Shown here: piece after piece, positions 59,639 to 64,000 of the stretch
Layout of the letters: each line of letters starts with the position of its first letter
Position numbering within the stretch: the stretch's first letter is position 1
NCBI GenBank assembly: GCA_965208615.1
Contig: CBDBPB010000008.1
Coordinates: 64,001 to 128,000 of the forward strand
Reading direction: 5' to 3'
From: Spirochaetota bacterium
GTDB taxonomy: Bacteria > Spirochaetota > UBA6919 > CBDBPB01
Length of the DNA stretch: 64,000 bases
The notes under the pieces: generated by a model
Told to the model about the DNA's origin: nothing
Databases searched by the model: none
Seen by the model: only the letters and a program-made list of their open reading frames with translations
Made by a program: the position numbers and the translations under genes

Positions 59639-59937
59639 ACGTAAAGATAGGCAGGTTTTAGATTTCTTTATGGAACAGGAAAGTTAAAATATTTATGAAA
59701 AAGTTATTTTCTTGTGTCAAGCAGGTTATCCCTTTATGCTCTTTAAGTACTGCTTAAATGCCTCAGTAATGAACACAAAATATCACTTTTTATGCAAGTA
59801 GTCATCACTATGAGAGCTATTAAGAATCCCTTGCTGAGACTGAGAATTATAGACCTTTATTAAGTGATAAGGAATTTGCCCTTCTACAAAAGGATAGAGC
59901 GGATTATTGGAATATTCTATATTGACTTTATGTGTAA
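59472..59937 (+). repeat. ~470-bp non-coding dispersed repeat, copy B
   Basis: Homologous to 25849-26328 in the same orientation. Confidence 0.92.
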
Positions 59938-60050
59938 TTGCATGTCTGAATTAAAAATAATAGAACAGTCTATATCTATAAAAATTCATAAGCTTAAAAC
60001 GTTTTTACAATAACCTACTAAAACACTTGATAACAAAACGGTAAATAGCA

Positions 60051-60914
60051 ATGGCTTATAATAAACTTATTCCTAAAGACATAAATCACTTTTCTAGTAG
60101 CATGATAGAGGAGTTTTTGTATGCCGTAGATAAAGAGGTTTATCAACCCTTTTTCAACTCGAGTACAAAAATTACTCCAAAGTATGATACTGTTGGTAAA
60201 ATCGTTATAACTAATTACTGTCAGTTAAATTGTAAGTTCTGTTCTTATAGAAAAGATAATAATATAAAAAGATTCTTTATATCAGAAAATCGCCTGAAAG
60301 ACTTATGCAATAAAGCAATAAACTTAGGAGTTAAAGAAATCATTATAGAAGCTGGTGCAATGAATAGTATTTATTATAAAAACTATTTAATCCTTCATTA
60401 TAACGTAATTGCCAATCTACCCGTTAAAACCTATATCGATATCGGAGCAAAAACTTTAATATCCTCGTCAGAAATCCTTAACGTTAATAAAAATATTTTT
60501 ATAGACTATTCACCAAGAGATATAGACTTTTTATCAACGTTATGCTCCTTTGATGAGCAGGATAAAATAATTAGCATAATTAACTCATATAAAACTCATA
60601 ACTCTTATGCTAACCTTATTATAGACCTACCCGGACAGGACTTTAGCGACCTTGTAAAAGATATTATTTTTCTCAAAAACTCTAATATTAAAGGTATTAA
60701 ACTATCCCCTTTTTCGCCTAGTAGTGGAACTCCCTTTTCTATTTTTGGCATAGCCTGTTCCCTAACTACGTTTAAGGTAATATCTCTTTTAAGGCTAATA
60801 AAACCAGACTGGGATATTTTTATAGATATTAGTATAAATAGCTTAGAATATAATGATCCTATGAATAAGGCATTGAAAATAGGCGGTAATAAGAGGATTA
60901 TACTAGTTGATTAA
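60051..60914 (+). CDS. Divergent HydE/BioB/PylB-like radical SAM protein
   Basis: TNYCQLNCKFC (CxxxCxxC), PFSPSSGTPF, ISLLRLIKP, ALKIGGN. Confidence 0.72.
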   Translation: MAYNKLIPKDINHFSSSMIEEFLYAVDKEVYQPFFNSSTKITPKYDTVGKIVITNYCQLNCKFCSYRKDNNIKRFFISENRLKDLCNKAINLGVKEIIIEAGAMNSIYYKNYLILHYNVIANLPVKTYIDIGAKTLISSSEILNVNKNIFIDYSPRDIDFLSTLCSFDEQDKIISIINSYKTHNSYANLIIDLPGQDFSDLVKDIIFLKNSNIKGIKLSPFSPSSGTPFSIFGIACSLTTFKVISLLRLIKPDWDIFIDISINSLEYNDPMNKALKIGGNKRIILVD

Positions 60915-60927
60915 AAATAATCCTTAG

Positions 60928-61890
60928 TTATTCCTTTTTAAGTTTATCTTTTTTAAGCTTGCCTTTCAGATTTTTTATGAACTCCAAATCTCTTTTTAGA
61001 TTACTATCCCCAATAGCCCTTTTAGCATCAACCCTCTTTTGTGAGTAGAATAAAGCTTGCTCATAGTCCTTTTCTATAAGGTATACTATAACTAAACTTC
61101 CAGACCTCTGCATAATAGCTTTATGATCCTCCATTTTACTTGCAATATTCAATGCCTTTGTAAAATAGATTATGGCATCCCTATAGTTTTTACGCAAGAA
61201 ATTGGCTCTAGCAATATTATTATATACTATTCCAATAAAATACTCCAAACCTATACTACTAAATAACTTTTCTGCTTCTAAATAATGATCAATAGATTTA
61301 CTATAATCTTCCTTAGCCTCATAAAGAAGTCCAAGTTCATTATAGCTAATCCCTAATCCATAAGAATCAGACAGCCTCTTCTTTATCCTAACTGCATTAT
61401 TAAAATGTTTAAGGGATATATCAAGCTTTCCCCTATCTCTATATAACTTAGCCAAATTATTATAGTTTATAGCTAGGCTTAATTTATCCCCTATAATTCT
61501 ATTTATTTTTATGGCTCTATTATAAAAAATTATGGCATTATCCCACTTTCTTTTTGCTCTATGTACCTCTCCTATATTATTATAAGCTAACGCAAATATC
61601 TTAGGATCCTTAGTTAGTTTAGCCTGGTTTAAAATACGATTGAAAATATCAATACTATGCTCATAATTCTTAAGATAAAAATAACTTTTACCCATATAAT
61701 TTAAAAGAAAAATAGACCACTCTTTTATTTTAAGCCCCTCTTTACACTCCTCTATAACCTTATTATATTTTCCCATGTTAAAGGCTTTACTAACCTCGGC
61801 TTTATAGTCATCTAAAGTTTTAACCTTTAAGTGGTATAGAGTAGAACTTAATATTATAAGTAATACAAAAAATAAGTTGGTTTTACTCAT
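60928..61890 (-). CDS. Exported TPR protein
   Basis: Signal peptide; AYNNIGEVH, NYNNLAKLY, SYNELGLLY repeats. Confidence 0.85.
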   Translation of the reverse strand: MSKTNLFFVLLIILSSTLYHLKVKTLDDYKAEVSKAFNMGKYNKVIEECKEGLKIKEWSIFLLNYMGKSYFYLKNYEHSIDIFNRILNQAKLTKDPKIFALAYNNIGEVHRAKRKWDNAIIFYNRAIKINRIIGDKLSLAINYNNLAKLYRDRGKLDISLKHFNNAVRIKKRLSDSYGLGISYNELGLLYEAKEDYSKSIDHYLEAEKLFSSIGLEYFIGIVYNNIARANFLRKNYRDAIIYFTKALNIASKMEDHKAIMQRSGSLVIVYLIEKDYEQALFYSQKRVDAKRAIGDSNLKRDLEFIKNLKGKLKKDKLKKE

Positions 61891-62062
61891 ATTTAATTAC
61901 CTTTTTGCATAAGGATATTAATAAATGCCTCTTAAAAAGATCCATATTATTTAGACTATACAAGCAAAGATAGTTATATTAAAAGAATAACTAAATAAAA
62001 ATAACAAAATTAAAGTTATATTAAATTGTATAATAACTTTTTGAAAACTATTAATAAAAAAA

Positions 62063-62091
62063 TTGACATAATAATATAAAACTACTATTTT
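62063..62091 (+). promoter_or_regulatory. Sigma70-type promoter for tRNA-Ser/ffs
   Basis: TTGACA-N17-TATTTT ending 13 bp before the tRNA; A-rich UP-like element upstream. Confidence 0.6.
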
Positions 62092-62104
62092 TAAATACTT
62101 AGTT

Positions 62105-62189
62105 GGAGAGATGTCCGAGAGGCCTAAGGAGCACGCTTGGAAAGCGTGTGTAGTAAACGCTACCGAGGGTTCGAATCCCTCTCTCTCCG
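62105..62189 (+). tRNA. tRNA-Ser(GGA), CCA not encoded
   Basis: Acceptor GGAGAGA/TCTCTCC+G, anticodon arm CACGC-TTGGAAA-GCGTG, long variable arm, T arm GAGGG-TTCGAAT-CCCTC. Confidence 0.96.
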
Positions 62190-62230
62190 AGTGAACTGCA
62201 TAGGGAACAGTAAAATAGGATTATGATCAA

Positions 62231-62346
62231 GATCACTATCTATTAGCCAGCTCATGAATTTATTTAGGGTGTTAATTCGCCAGGCCCTGACGGGAGCAAC
62301 GGAATACCTTAAAAAATGTTGTGATAACTGGTTTTGGATAGTGGTC
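62231..62346 (+). ncRNA. ffs: SRP RNA (core; ends may extend to about 62218-62360)
   Basis: Helix-8 motif CAGG-CCC-TGAC-GGG-AGCA; long stem GATCACTATCTA/TGGATAGTGGTC; lies between tRNA-Ser and dnaX. Confidence 0.85.
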
Positions 62347-62400
62347 AAGATGATAAGCTTATAAAATAGTAGATAAATGCTATAAAATAAAGAGAATTAT

Positions 62401-63972
62401 ATGTCATACAAGGTTATAGCAAGAAAGTGGAGACCTCAATCCCTTGAGCAGGTTATAGGACAAGACCATATTACTAAATCCCTTAAAAATAGTTTATTAT
62501 CAAAAAAGATTGCTCATGCCTATCTATTTTCTGGACCAAGAGGTGTAGGAAAAACTTCTGTAGCTAGAATACTTGCTAAATCCTTAACCTGTGAAAAAGG
62601 TATATGCGAAATAGCCTGTCAGAAATGTAGTAACTGTATTGAAATTACAAATGGTACTTCCTATGACATACTAGAGATTGATGGTGCATCAAATAGGGGA
62701 ATAGATCAAATTAGAGAACTAAGAGATAATGTAAAATATCTTCCCAATAAAAGCAGGTTTAAAATCTTTATTATTGATGAAGTACACATGCTTACTGATC
62801 CCGCATTTAATGCTCTACTTAAAACCCTTGAAGAACCTCCTAAACATATTATTTTTATTTTTGCTACTACAGAACCACATAAAGTTAAAATTACCATTCG
62901 TTCAAGATGTCAGCATTATCACTTTAAACATATTCCTATAAATACAATGCAAAAGCATATTGAAAAAATAGCTCTTGATGAAAATGTTATAATTGATAAA
63001 AATGCTTTATTTAAAATTGCTAAGATTGCTGATGGCTCCATGAGAGATGGACAAAGCCTTTTGGATCAACTTATTGCTTATTGTAATAATGAAAGAATTA
63101 CTGCTGAAAAGGTTGAGGAGTTGTTAGGTGTTTTTTCTGAAAAGTATTATATAGAGTTTATTAGTTTATTAGTCAAAAAGGATACTATTGGCTTGGTTAA
63201 GCTATTGTCGTCTATCAGAGACGGCGGAAAAGACTTAATAACATATTCTGCTGAGCTTGTTAGCTATTTTAGAAACCTGTTTATACTAAAAAAAACTGAT
63301 GAAAATGAAAGCTCATTATTAGGCATATCCGATGAAGATATAAAAAACCTCCCTGAGTTTGTAGGATGCTTTACTGATAAACAACTAATTGACATTATAA
63401 ACTTAATAATAAGCCTAAATCAAGAGCTAAAAAAGGCTACTAATCAAAACTATTTATTCGAGTCCTATCTATTTAGACTAGTGGGTTATGAAGATTTTAT
63501 ACACCCTTCTACAATTATAAAGAAAATTGAGGATTTAGAACAAAAGTTATCAGATGCTAGCCCGTCTTTGGAGGTGGAAGAGCTTACTATAAAAAGTAAT
63601 AATATTTCTGAGGAATCAAAAAATACTTATAATAAAATAACTCTAGATAAAGAAAGTAAAGACTGGAAAAGCTTTATAAGTGCTATTAAGGATAAAAAAC
63701 CATTTTTATCCAGTTATCTTGAACAAGCACAATTGACCATTGACAAAAACCAGCTTCTAATTAGCTTTAAGGAACCATTATACTATGAAGAAGTTTCAAA
63801 AAAAGAAAATATTGATAAGCTAAAGGATATTTTTAATATTGTATTCAATAGAAATATTGACATAAGGGTTATTATAAAAGACTCTGAAGATAATAACAGT
63901 GTTCCAAATGGCCATAACAGGCAGTCTATGATTTCTTCTGTAATAAAGTCGTTTAAAGGAGAGATTGTATAA
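62401..63972 (+). CDS. dnaX: DNA polymerase III subunit gamma/tau
   Basis: ARKWRPQ, GPRGVGKTS, zinc Cys cluster, EIDGASNRG, DEVHML, SRC, GSMRDG. Confidence 0.97.
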   Translation: MSYKVIARKWRPQSLEQVIGQDHITKSLKNSLLSKKIAHAYLFSGPRGVGKTSVARILAKSLTCEKGICEIACQKCSNCIEITNGTSYDILEIDGASNRGIDQIRELRDNVKYLPNKSRFKIFIIDEVHMLTDPAFNALLKTLEEPPKHIIFIFATTEPHKVKITIRSRCQHYHFKHIPINTMQKHIEKIALDENVIIDKNALFKIAKIADGSMRDGQSLLDQLIAYCNNERITAEKVEELLGVFSEKYYIEFISLLVKKDTIGLVKLLSSIRDGGKDLITYSAELVSYFRNLFILKKTDENESSLLGISDEDIKNLPEFVGCFTDKQLIDIINLIISLNQELKKATNQNYLFESYLFRLVGYEDFIHPSTIIKKIEDLEQKLSDASPSLEVEELTIKSNNISEESKNTYNKITLDKESKDWKSFISAIKDKKPFLSSYLEQAQLTIDKNQLLISFKEPLYYEEVSKKENIDKLKDIFNIVFNRNIDIRVIIKDSEDNNSVPNGHNRQSMISSVIKSFKGEIV

Positions 63973-64000
63973 GTTAGTTTATGGGGCAGTTTATTGGCTT

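Noticed and set aside
58799-59937. Peptide-coding mini-ORFs (MTKSKV*, MKKLFSCVKQVIPLCSLSTA*, MQVVITMRAIKNPLLRLRIIDLY*) as RiPP precursors for the radical SAM
   Set aside because: No SD; the 20-aa ORF is ATG-TAA in copy A; substitutions in the 23-aa frame are not biased toward synonymous changes
62105-62189. tRNA-Ser as an island or prophage attachment site
   Set aside because: No duplicated tRNA 3' end, integrase or phage genes seen in the window
63429-63435. dnaX -1 frameshift heptamer A AAA AAG
   Set aside because: It would truncate within domain III, no clear stimulatory hairpin was seen, and such runs are common in this AT-rich DNA

Overview
AT-rich (roughly 30% GC by eye) bacterial chromosomal window, probably from a Spirochaetota-like diderm. 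This is an inference from the ComFB-family gene, the dprA-topA-xerC-hslV-hslU cluster, lipoproteins and a beta-barrel OMP. Housekeeping content: yidC-jag-mnmE, tmk, hom, ribH, a V-type ATPase cluster lacking E and K, holA, pgeF, mutL, hslUV, xerC, topA, dprA, tRNA-Ser(GGA), SRP RNA and dnaX. Accessory content: signalling genes, a sulfur-oxidiser-type sat, two RND-superfamily transporters and many exported repeat proteins. Two systems stand out. (1) A Pmp-like beta-helix repeat lipoprotein gene (23569-25587) whose 3' end, a 22-bp motif and terminator recur as an inverted remnant just upstream of the gene (about 25.8-25.9 kb). The same sequence recurs as a mosaic array of five ~160-bp units plus a partial sixth at 58.8-59.6 kb, and the two distal loci also share a ~480-bp non-coding block. 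This suggests a recombination-based surface-protein variation system. (2) A co-oriented cluster encoding an exported caspase-TPR protein with an intact His/Cys dyad and a paralogous pseudo-caspase-TPR (Cys->Ser), flanking a lipoprotein and an OMP. Several other envelope proteins appear catalytically dead, and pgeF lacks a canonical start and lies in frame behind the comFB TAG. All alignments were done by eye; no searches were run.
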